Source: Candidatus Marinacidobacterales bacterium
Lineage (GTDB): Bacteria > Acidobacteriota > Vicinamibacteria > Marinacidobacterales > DATDRI01
Direction of reading: 5' to 3'
Assembly (NCBI GenBank): GCA_965226495.1
Contig: OZ245365.1
Coordinates: 3,808,001 to 3,872,000 of the forward strand
Length of the DNA stretch: 64,000 nt
Under the pieces are notes generated by a model, which did no database searches, was not told where the DNA came from, and worked only from the letters and a program-made list of their open reading frames with translations. Position 1 is the first letter of the stretch. Every line of letters starts with the position of its first letter. This document shows positions 9,434 through 18,490 of this stretch, piece after piece. The translations under genes were made by a program, and so were the position numbers.

Positions 9434-11874
9434 ATGAAGAAGAAACTCGGCGGTTACGAAGTCATCGAGCTTATAGGCTCTGGCGGAATGGGCGAAGTCT
9501 ACCGCGCCCGGGACACCAAGCTCGGTCGTGAAGTCGCCATCAAAGTCCTGCCTGACGCCTTCGCACAAAACGCAGACCGTCTAGCCCGCTTCGAGCGGGA
9601 GGCGCGGGTTCTTGCTTCGCTCAATCACGCCAACATCGCCACGCTATACGGGTTCGAGCATGCAAACGGCATTCATTTCCTTGCTATGGAACTGGCCGAT
9701 GGCGAAACGCTCGCCGAACGACTCCGGCGCGGCCCGATCTAATCGAGGATGCCCTTCCCATGTTCAAGCAGATCGCGGAAGGACTGGAAGCGGCTCACGA
9801 AAAAGGGATCGTCCACCGCGATCTGAAACCGGCGAACATCAAAGTCAGCCCCGAGGGCAAAGTCAAAGTACTCGACTTCGGGCTCGCCAAGGCGATGAGC
9901 GGGGACCCTGAGCGGAGTGAAATCTCGGAGTCACCAACGATCACCAGGGATGCGACGGCGACTGGGGTGATCCTGGGTACGGCAGCCTACATGAGCCCCG
10001 AGCAAGCCCGCGGGAAGCCCCTCGACAAACGGACCGATATATGGGCGTTCGGTTGTGTTCTTTATGAAGCGTTGACCGGCCGCGCGGCCTTCCTGGGGGA
10101 AACGGTCTCCGACACGATCGCCAAGATTCTTCAAACGGAGCCCAATTGGGAGGCTCTTCCGCCGATACCTGCTGCAGCTCAAAGATTGCTTCGGCGATGC
10201 CTTCAAAAAGACGCGGGACGACGTCTGCACGATATGGCGGATGCGAGGTTCGAGATTGAGGATGCGCTCGCAAGCCCTCGATCCGAAAGCGCACCTACTG
10301 AGGCCGAGGGGCGCCCATTTGGAAGCGCACCGTACCCTTGGTACTGGCTTCAATCGCCGTGGCAGCTGTCCTATGGATGTTCTTAGCGCGCCCGGAACCG
10401 CGCGAGCGAGGGTTAGCGCATGTGGCGATCCCGATGACCGGTCAGTTGGAAGAGCGGGGTAGCAGCGCGCAGCTTGATATTTCGCCGGACGGGAACTGGG
10501 TTGGCTTCTTTCATGAGGGATGGCTCAAGAAAGTCCATTTGCACGGCGGGCCGCCGGTCACTATCTGCGCTTTAGGTCCTGGCCCCGAAATAGGCGGGGG
10601 AAGCTGGGGGACGGATGGCAGCATCTATTTCTCCGTCGCCGATAGAATCCAAAAAGTGCGCGCGGTTGGAGGCCAGCCGGAGACCGTGGCCAAACCCGAC
10701 GAAGGGAAGGGAGAGTTCATGCTCCACCTGCCGGAGATCCTTCCCGGGAACCAAGCCGTTCTTCTTACACTGGGTGACGAAGACGTTCTTTCGAGTGGTA
10801 GCTGCGATGATTGCAAGATCGTGCTCTTGTCCCTCGAGACCGGTGAGCGCAAGGTGGTTATTCGAGGCGCGGCGGGCGCTCGTTAGGGATCCGGACACAT
10901 CCTGTACGTGCGGGGGGGCGCCTTGTACGCGGTGCCTTTTGATGAGGTCAATCATGAAGTCGCGGGTCACCAAGCGGTCCTGCTCGAGCGCGTCAGTTAT
11001 TTTCCGAGCGCTAGCTCTTCCCACTTCGCCGTGTCCCGCGAAGGCACGTTGGCCTATTTCTTGGGCGGGACCGTAGGCGAAGCACCTAGGTCCCTCGCTT
11101 GGGTCCAAAGAGACGGGGAAGCCGTTCCCTTGGGAGAAGACCGCCTCGCCTACCGAGGCGTCGCCCTCTCCCCTGATGGGCAACGCCTGGTTTTGCAGAT
11201 CCGGCGCAGGGGGAATATGGATCTACGAGCTTTCTCGCGGCACATTGACCCGACTGACTCAGACCGGCGGCGATGAGGACCGCCCGATTTGGGCAGGGAG
11301 TGGGACCCACTTGACGTATGCCTATGCCCTTTTGAGACCCATCCCGATTCTTCAGATACCGGCGGACGGAAGCGGAGAAGCGGAGAAGGGGAGATGCTTT
11401 CGAAAGGAGACTTCAATCGGTGGCCCATGTCCTGGTCTCCCGATGGCAAGAAGCTGGTCTTTGGGGAGCAACATCCCGAGACCGGATGGGACCTATGGGT
11501 GCTTACGCTGGGAGCGGACCAAGAGAGACCGCTTCTCGACTCTCCGTATGACGTCGCAACCGTTTCCAGGGCCGGGCCCGCGCGTGCAGATATCGACCAA
11601 TGGTGGCGAGGCGCCGGTCTGGGCGCGAAGTGGTGGAGAGCTTTTCTACCAACAGGAAGACAAGATGATGGCCGTCGACATCGCGACGGGACCAGCTTTC
11701 CGGCCAGGCGCACCTCGGGTGTTATTCGAAGGCAACTACTTGCCGTTTTACGATGTCACCCCCGATGGTCAGTTCGTGATGATCGAGCGGCCGGAAGTAC
11801 AGCCGTTCATCCAGATCCACCTGGTCTTCAATTGGCTCGAAGAGCTCAAGAAAGAAAATTTAAATTTCTCTTGA
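9434..11874 (+). pseudogene. Ser/Thr protein kinase with TolB/WD40-like propeller, fragmented
   Basis: GSGGMGEVY, VAIK, HRDLKPAN, DFGLAK, YMSPEQ and SPDG repeats split over about 6 ORFs; frameshift near 9740, in-frame TAG 10884-10886, further frameshifts and apparent deletions. Confidence 0.9.
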
Positions 11875-12067
11875 CAAGAATCCGCAGCACGTTTTGGTTT
11901 CGTTGCTGATCGCTTCCTGTTGCCATCTCGCACGCATGCGTTGACGCTCTAGTCAACTCCCAGAAGCTTCGAGACAAAAACTTCGTCGAAGCAGGTTCGT
12001 TCCAACTCGTGTCGTCCCAAGGCTCAAAAAAGTGCGTTGTTATATCAGTGTTGAGGAGGGACGACCC

Positions 12068-13108
12068 ATGTATAACAAGTTACTGAAATCGATTTCGGAT
12101 GATGAATTGCTCCATCGTTTGTCGGGGCTCGTACACAAATCCCGACGCGTCGAGTCGGAATTGGTCGCACATATTGCCGAGGTGGACGAGCGGCGCCTCT
12201 ACGCACGGGAAGCTTGCTCCTCCATGTTTACCTATTGCACCGAGCTGTTGCATATGTCGGAGGCGGAGGCCTATCTCCGAATCCGAGTCGCGCGCGCATC
12301 GCGAAAACACCCAGAGCTCCTGACGATGCTCGAGGACGGGCGTATTCATTTGACCGGTGCCGCCAAGCTTTCGCCTCATCTCACTGAGGCGAATCGGGAC
12401 ACCGTTTTGCCGCGCGCGGCGCATAAGTCCAAGGCAAAGATCGAAGAGCTCGTGGCTGAGGTTGCGCCGAAACCTGATGTTGCGCCCAAGATACGCAAGC
12501 TCCCTGCGCCCGCCCAACTGTGTCCGGACACAGTTGTGTTACCAAAGGTTACGTCGCCAAGGCCAGTGGAGCCGCTCGCCCCTGCCCGTTTCAAGGTGCA
12601 ATTTACGGCGAGTGAAGAGCTGCGTGCCAAGCTGGGGCGCCTCAAAGCTCTCATGCCAGGCAATGATTTAGCTGCCATTATCGACGAAGCGGTGACCGAG
12701 AAACTCGAGCGGTTGGAGTCGAGGCGCTACGGTAAGACGCGGGCGCCGAGACGCGATCTCGATAGCACCGATACATCGCCGTCGTCACGCTATATCCCGG
12801 CCGCGGTGAGGCGTGCCGTTAGCGCGCGGGACGGAAATCAGTGCACCTTCGTGGACGAGGGGGGGAAGCGCTGTGGCGAACGCTCCCAACTCCAGTTTCA
12901 CCATAAGGACCCCTACGCCCGAGGCGGAGATCACCTCCCAGATAACATCCAAATGATGTGTCCGACTCACAACCAGTATCTAGCTGAGTGCGACTACGGC
13001 AAGGATTTCATGAAACGACGAGCCTCAATCAGCCGCGTCCGGGAGCCGGGGCCGGTCTACTCATCGCGAGTCGGCGTCAATCGAGCCAGCCGTGCACTCG
13101 GTCCATGA
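12068..13108 (+). CDS. HNH endonuclease with DUF222-like N-terminal region
   Basis: AHIAEVDERRLY...SSMFTYC...SEAEAYLRI N-terminus; RYIPAAVRRAV-RDGNQC...C...FHHKDPYARGG...DNIQMMCPTHN; GAGGAGG RBS. Confidence 0.88.
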   Translation: MYNKLLKSISDDELLHRLSGLVHKSRRVESELVAHIAEVDERRLYAREACSSMFTYCTELLHMSEAEAYLRIRVARASRKHPELLTMLEDGRIHLTGAAKLSPHLTEANRDTVLPRAAHKSKAKIEELVAEVAPKPDVAPKIRKLPAPAQLCPDTVVLPKVTSPRPVEPLAPARFKVQFTASEELRAKLGRLKALMPGNDLAAIIDEAVTEKLERLESRRYGKTRAPRRDLDSTDTSPSSRYIPAAVRRAVSARDGNQCTFVDEGGKRCGERSQLQFHHKDPYARGGDHLPDNIQMMCPTHNQYLAECDYGKDFMKRRASISRVREPGPVYSSRVGVNRASRALGP

Positions 13109-13952
13109 GATCTTTGTCGCCGAGCTCCTTGCAGAGCTCCTCCAACTTCTCTCTCCGCGCTCCCTTCCACCTCAGATCCTCGAGCTCCTCGGTAAGGGGC
13201 ACATCGGTGCGCAACGTGGCGAGGAGCCGGTAGAGCTTCAGCTCTTCACGGTTATCCCGAAGGTTTGCCGCCAAACGCTTGGCGCCCTGGACCTTGACTT
13301 CCCACAAAAACGCTTCTTCCGGGATGTCCTCTATATGTCGATAGCGAGCCAGAACGCGCGCCGACGACTTGGCGCCCCAACCCTTGATACCGGGGATTCC
13401 GTCCGCGGTGTCGCCGACCAGGCCGAGCCAGTCGGGAATCGATTCCGGTAACACGCCAAATTTTTCTTCGACACCTTTCTCGTCTCGCACCTTCTGACGC
13501 CGACGATCCCAAACCACGACCCGATTTCCGACCACGCACTGCGCCAGATCCTTGTCGGGTGTGCAGATGACGACTTGCTCGACGTCCTTCGCATCTCTCC
13601 ACCGGGCGGCTCCGGCAGCCAGGGCGTCGTCCGCTTCGAACTTGACCATCGGCCACACGACGATCCCGAGCGCATCCGCGGCTCGCTCGGCGAGTGGGAA
13701 CTGCTCCCATAGCTCGGGTTCGATCCCTTCTCCAGTCTTATAGCCGTCAAAGAGATCGTTGCGGAAGGACTCGATCACGTGATCAAAGGCGCAGGCGACG
13801 TGCGTGACGTCGTCTTGGAGGAGTAGAGAAACGAAGCTCCGCAGCAAGCCCCGAGTGGCGCCCACCTCACGTCCCTTTGGGTCGAGCGCGCTGGGCGCGC
13901 CATAGTAGGCCCTAAAGAGCTCGTAGGTCCCATCGACCAAGTGGATCTTCAT
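13077..13952 (-). CDS. Stand-alone 5'-3' exonuclease/flap endonuclease (Pol I N-terminal-like)
   Basis: LVDG...FRAYY, FEADD, TPDKDL, LVGDTADGIPGIKGWGAKS (H3TH). Confidence 0.9.
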   Translation of the reverse strand: MKIHLVDGTYELFRAYYGAPSALDPKGREVGATRGLLRSFVSLLLQDDVTHVACAFDHVIESFRNDLFDGYKTGEGIEPELWEQFPLAERAADALGIVVWPMVKFEADDALAAGAARWRDAKDVEQVVICTPDKDLAQCVVGNRVVVWDRRRQKVRDEKGVEEKFGVLPESIPDWLGLVGDTADGIPGIKGWGAKSSARVLARYRHIEDIPEEAFLWEVKVQGAKRLAANLRDNREELKLYRLLATLRTDVPLTEELEDLRWKGARREKLEELCKELGDKDLMDRVHGWLD

Positions 13953-14000
13953 CTTCGCGTCGCCCGCACAGGTGGCATTCTATGGATCGGGAGACAGAGT

Positions 14001-14624
14001 TCAAACCGCAGGCTGTTTGGCGAGACGATACTGAGCGTGAAGTAGATAAGCTCCCCATATCAATGCGACGACGATGAGCACCGACCCAGAGAGATGGGCC
14101 AGGCGTCCGAGTGTGTGATCCCATTTGAGAAGACCCATCTGCGACAGAATATTGTTCCAGTCGTGATAACCGGGTACATCCCGACCCGTCACTCCGCCCA
14201 GCAGAATCATCCTTTGGGCTCGAGCATCATTAATGTACGGCGCCAGTTCACACATACTCTGCCCCATCCACCAGAAACAAGCGGAGGCTCCAAAGGGATT
14301 CAGGTGCCGGGTTAGGAACGCGGCCATGCAAATCGCCGGCACGAGCACCTGGAGAAGTGAACCCCCTAAAGTGCCCATGAATTGCCCGAGGGGAGAAAAA
14401 ATCACGTGACCGGCCTCGTGGAAGACCAAGTTGACGCGAGACAAGATCAGATGCACGAAGCTGGGCACCACTTGCGATCGCTCGATGGGGGCGAGAACGA
14501 CGCTCCAGCTCAAGAGGAAAAGGGCGATCCAAAAAATAGCTCGGCCGAGTAAATCAGCGGTGCTGGTGTTGCCGGGAGGGCCGAGGGCGCGTCGGAGCAA
14601 ATCGCTCATGACGTCCCGATTCAC
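14001..14624 (-). CDS. Integral membrane protein with HExxH (peptidase M50B-like)
   Basis: Several TM helices, VFHEAGH, PYINDAR, GYHDWNNIL. Confidence 0.65.
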   Translation of the reverse strand: MNRDVMSDLLRRALGPPGNTSTADLLGRAIFWIALFLLSWSVVLAPIERSQVVPSFVHLILSRVNLVFHEAGHVIFSPLGQFMGTLGGSLLQVLVPAICMAAFLTRHLNPFGASACFWWMGQSMCELAPYINDARAQRMILLGGVTGRDVPGYHDWNNILSQMGLLKWDHTLGRLAHLSGSVLIVVALIWGAYLLHAQYRLAKQPAV

Positions 14625-14656
14625 GTCGACGGACCGTTCCGATGATATTTGCTCGG

Positions 14657-15448
14657 CTAGTACTTCTTCGCGTCCAGACGCACCTGGGCGTCCAGGAAAG
14701 TCTGATAGAGTCGTGTGCGCTCGTCTATCGTGCTCCGCAGCAGCTCGTCGGACGCCCCGATGTCTTTGGAACTGAGAACCAAATCGGCCATGGCGGCAAA
14801 AGCCTGCATCCCGTCACCGGAGCTCAGATCATTTTCCACCAGGAGGAGGAATAGATTGCGGCGGACGTCGGGTGCGAACGTGATGATGCGATTATAGAGA
14901 CCCGCGCCGTTCGAGTTTCCATTTCGCGCCGTCGCGACGAGCGCGTAGCTGTCTCGCTCCAACGAACGAACCCCCTCTTCTGCATCGGGGGCAACGTCTA
15001 CTCCGAATCCAACGCGTTGCAATGCGGCAACCATCATGTTCTGTACGCTCTGATCGTCGAGCGCGATTAGGGCGCGCCCGCCGAAACCATCGTTCTGAGC
15101 GACGCTCTGCTCGCCGATGCGGGCCGGTGGAGATTGTCGAACTGGCTGAGATTGCGGCGTCGCCGGAGGTTGCGGAGCCTGCTTCGACGGTGGTGCCTGC
15201 TGAGGCGGTGGTGTGGGTTTCGGCTGGGGGGCAGCTGACTTGGGTGTCGGGGAAAAAGCCGCCGGTTGGGGTGGTTCCTGGGCGGACGCACTTTCTCCCG
15301 CCGGAGCCGTCGGAGCCGCCGCACCTGCCTTGCCAGGTAGTTTGATAGCGTTCTGACATTTGGGGCAGCGGAGCATAAAAGGCCCGGCCGGGACTTTCGC
15401 ATCCTCGACGACGAGCTGTTGCGAACACTTCGGACAGTTCGTTTGCAC
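14657..15448 (-). CDS. MJ0042-type zinc-ribbon protein with Pro-rich linker and receiver-like domain
   Basis: CPKC-x19-CPKC; PAQ-rich linker; C-terminal alpha/beta domain beginning ALIALDD. Confidence 0.7.
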   Translation of the reverse strand: MQTNCPKCSQQLVVEDAKVPAGPFMLRCPKCQNAIKLPGKAGAAAPTAPAGESASAQEPPQPAAFSPTPKSAAPQPKPTPPPQQAPPSKQAPQPPATPQSQPVRQSPPARIGEQSVAQNDGFGGRALIALDDQSVQNMMVAALQRVGFGVDVAPDAEEGVRSLERDSYALVATARNGNSNGAGLYNRIITFAPDVRRNLFLLLVENDLSSGDGMQAFAAMADLVLSSKDIGASDELLRSTIDERTRLYQTFLDAQVRLDAKKY

Positions 15449-15450
15449 GT

Positions 15451-16641
15451 TTACCTCTCGATCAGTTTGTCCATATCCGAGCCTGCACCGACACTCGCCT
15501 CGTCACTGGTCGAGGTTTCAGCACTCCCTTCGCCGTCCTCGATGCCCTCAGCGTGGGAACCGAGACGCAGACGAAGGTTGGTTGGGTTGGTCGCGTATGT
15601 GAGCGCTTCCGCAGCACCGAGGCCTCCCCCTTCGACGAGTCTCAGGAGCTCGGAGTCGAACGTCTGCATTCCATCGAGGGCCCCATCATCCATGGCGTCG
15701 GTGAGGCTCTTGCCTTCCCTTTCACCCTCCTGGATGTACTCGCGCGTCCGCGAGTTGGCGCGCAGTATCTCGCAAACCGCTCCCCGGCCCCCGCCCGGCT
15801 TCGGAATCAGCTTCTGGCTGACGATCCACTTGAACGACTGTGCGAACCGAGTCCGTACTTGACGCTCTTCGTCCTTGGGGAAAACACCAACGATGCGATC
15901 GATGGTCTTGGCGGCGTCGATGGTGTGAAGCGTCGAGAGAACGAGATGCCCCGTCTCCGATGCCTCGAGAGCGGTGGAGATGGTCTCCACGTCTCGCATT
16001 TCACCGACCAAGATGACCTTGGGGGCCTGGCGCAGGGCGGCCCTCAGGGCGTTGGGGAAGTTTTCGGTATCGGTGCCGATCTCTCTCTGATTGATGGTCG
16101 CCTTGTCATTGCGGTAGAGATACTCGATGGGATCCTCAATAGTAACGATGTGTATTGCTTTCTCGTGGTTCATCCGGTTGATGAGCGCAGCCAGCGTCGT
16201 GGATTTGCCAGAGCCGGTAGGGCCGGTCACCAGCACGATCCCGTTTCGCTCCCGCGTGATCTCGTTGAGTTGGCTCGGTATTCCGAGCTCTTCCACGGTC
16301 GGGATCCTGTTAGGGATAACCCGTAAAACGATGGAGTACGTTCCCCGCTGGGAAAAGATGTTGACCCGAAACCGAGTTCGCCTCGGCAAAGAGTAGGACA
16401 GGTCGGCCGACCCGGTCCGGACGAGCTTGTCTGCCAAGCCTTTTTTGCCGCGCATCAGCCGCAAGGCCATGAGCTCGGTGTGGTATGGCATCAATCGTTC
16501 GATGGAGGCGTGAGGGACGCCGCGAAGTTGCCCGTCCACTTCCACCTGAGGGGGTCTCCCCACGGACAAGTTCAGGTCGGATACGGTGGGGGCTGCGTCC
16601 AACATTACTTCTAGCAGCGGGTCGAGATCAAAATAAGGCAT
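15451..16641 (-). CDS. pilT: PilT/PilU family type IV pilus ATPase
   Basis: RFRVN, Walker A GPTGSGKST, TIEDPIE, LVGEMRD, GHLVLSTLHT, GMQTFD. Confidence 0.9.
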   Translation of the reverse strand: MPYFDLDPLLEVMLDAAPTVSDLNLSVGRPPQVEVDGQLRGVPHASIERLMPYHTELMALRLMRGKKGLADKLVRTGSADLSYSLPRRTRFRVNIFSQRGTYSIVLRVIPNRIPTVEELGIPSQLNEITRERNGIVLVTGPTGSGKSTTLAALINRMNHEKAIHIVTIEDPIEYLYRNDKATINQREIGTDTENFPNALRAALRQAPKVILVGEMRDVETISTALEASETGHLVLSTLHTIDAAKTIDRIVGVFPKDEERQVRTRFAQSFKWIVSQKLIPKPGGGRGAVCEILRANSRTREYIQEGEREGKSLTDAMDDGALDGMQTFDSELLRLVEGGGLGAAEALTYATNPTNLRLRLGSHAEGIEDGEGSAETSTSDEASVGAGSDMDKLIER

Positions 16642-16750
16642 CCGCGATCCTCCACACGGCCTGCGGTGGCAAATTCGTTTTTTGTTGAGTTATGGGATAG
16701 AGTTTCACTATAACATACCTTCTGAACCCGAACCAGAGACTCACGGGCAG

Positions 16751-17641
16751 ATGAGTATTTCCAAATACCCCATCCCGTTTGCGGGGTGTTTCCGAAGCGA
16801 TTCCCTTCCCGAGTCCAGTCTTGTCTTCGTTGGAATTCCCGATGACTCCCAATCTTCTTATCGAGTCGGTTGCGCCGATGGACCGAAAACCATTCGCCGC
16901 GCGTATGATGGGAGAAGCTTCAACTCCACGACCGAATCCGGCGTCGACCTGGAGGCCGCGATCAGCGATCTGGGTGATTTGGCCCCGGAGGAAACGTGGG
17001 AGGCAAGCGCAGAAAACTACAGAATTCGCATCGACGACCTACTCCGAAAAGACCAGACACCGTTTGTTGCCGGAGGAGATCATGCGGTCACGGTTCCGGT
17101 CGTAGAAGCCTTCGCAGGGATGAGAGCCCCGGCGCACCCGATACATGTTGTCCAGATCGACGCGCATCCCGACGTCTATCCAGATTTCGAAGGAAGCCGG
17201 TCATCACACGCGTGCGTGGCGGCGCGACTGCTTGAAATGGAACACGTCGCGTCGGTGACCCAGCTAGGTATCAGAACGTTGAACGCCGGGCAGTCAGGCC
17301 AGTTGGAGCGCTACTCCGATCGGCTTCGCATCCTCTACGCCAAGGACCTAATCGGCGAGCTTCCCAAGTTGTCTCACATTGCGGCCGGAGCGCCGGTGTA
17401 CCTTACCGTCGACCTCGACGGGTTCGACCCGTCGGTCGCTCCCGGAGTGTCTCACCCGGTGCCCGGCGGATTGACCTCGCGGCAAGTCCTGAGCTTCATC
17501 GCGAGCGCCGACTGGCGATTGGTGGGAATGGACGTAGTGGAGCTCAATCCCTCCGTCGACTTCAACCAACTCACCGCAATCCTGGCGGCACGGTTACTAC
17601 ATAAAGGAATGGGTTACGTCTTTTCGAGGAAGACAATCTAG
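16751..17641 (+). CDS. Arginase/agmatinase family ureohydrolase
   Basis: GGDHAV, DAHPD, DLDGFDP...APG, DVVELNP. Confidence 0.9.
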   Translation: MSISKYPIPFAGCFRSDSLPESSLVFVGIPDDSQSSYRVGCADGPKTIRRAYDGRSFNSTTESGVDLEAAISDLGDLAPEETWEASAENYRIRIDDLLRKDQTPFVAGGDHAVTVPVVEAFAGMRAPAHPIHVVQIDAHPDVYPDFEGSRSSHACVAARLLEMEHVASVTQLGIRTLNAGQSGQLERYSDRLRILYAKDLIGELPKLSHIAAGAPVYLTVDLDGFDPSVAPGVSHPVPGGLTSRQVLSFIASADWRLVGMDVVELNPSVDFNQLTAILAARLLHKGMGYVFSRKTI

Positions 17642-17661
17642 GAGAAGATCTTTTCTCGCGA

Positions 17662-18465
17662 CTAGAGGGATCGGACCTTGTTCATGAGCTCTTTAACGCG
17701 GGCCGCGTCCACTGGATTCTCGACCTTCCCGTCGACTTTGAAGAAACTACCCACGATAAACCCATCGGCCAACGCCAAGTAGTCCTCTACCGAATCGAGG
17801 CTCGTCCCGCTTCCCACGAAGACCGGCGTCTCACCGGACACGGCCTTCACACGTTCCAGCTCATTCACATCGGCCGCTTTCCCGGTACCGGTGCCGGACA
17901 CGATGATCCCATCGGCACCCGCGCGATCGATCAGATCGGCCACTTCGCTCTCCAGCTTGACCGCACCCAAAGGAGCCGAGTGCTTAACGTTCACGTCAGC
18001 GAGGATTCTCGTTCCTTCCGCTCCCAAGAGCTTTCGGTCCCGCAGTAGATCGTGGGCAACGCCTTCGAGAACTCCTTGGTCCGTCACCCGTGCGCCAGCC
18101 AGGACATTCACGCGAATGAATTGAGCGTCCACCGCGTGAGCGACGGCGAGCGCAGACCGTCCGTCGTTCCTTAGAACGTTAATGCCCAGCGGGATGTCGA
18201 AGCGTCGACGGGTCTCGACAGCCAGAGCCGCCATATGGGCGGTAGTCCACGGGGGCACGTTCCGAGGAAAAAACGGACGGTCTCCGAAGTTCTCGAGCAT
18301 AAGACCGTCTACGCCGCCTTCGACCAGCGCCTCGGCGTCATGCCACAATCCATCGCGGATAGCTTCAAGTTGACCGCCGAAGGCAGGCGAGCCAGGGAGC
18401 GCCGGTAGGTGGAGCATCCCCACCACCGGTTTGCTTACCGACTTCCAAGCATCGATCAAAACCAT
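17662..18465 (-). CDS. BtpA/SgcQ family TIM-barrel protein
   Basis: VGMLHL-ALPGSP, ENFGDRP, GINVLRND, ADVNVKH, SGTGTG. Confidence 0.9.
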   Translation of the reverse strand: MVLIDAWKSVSKPVVGMLHLPALPGSPAFGGQLEAIRDGLWHDAEALVEGGVDGLMLENFGDRPFFPRNVPPWTTAHMAALAVETRRRFDIPLGINVLRNDGRSALAVAHAVDAQFIRVNVLAGARVTDQGVLEGVAHDLLRDRKLLGAEGTRILADVNVKHSAPLGAVKLESEVADLIDRAGADGIIVSGTGTGKAADVNELERVKAVSGETPVFVGSGTSLDSVEDYLALADGFIVGSFFKVDGKVENPVDAARVKELMNKVRSL

Positions 18466-18490
18466 TGAATACAATCTCGCACAACGGTGC

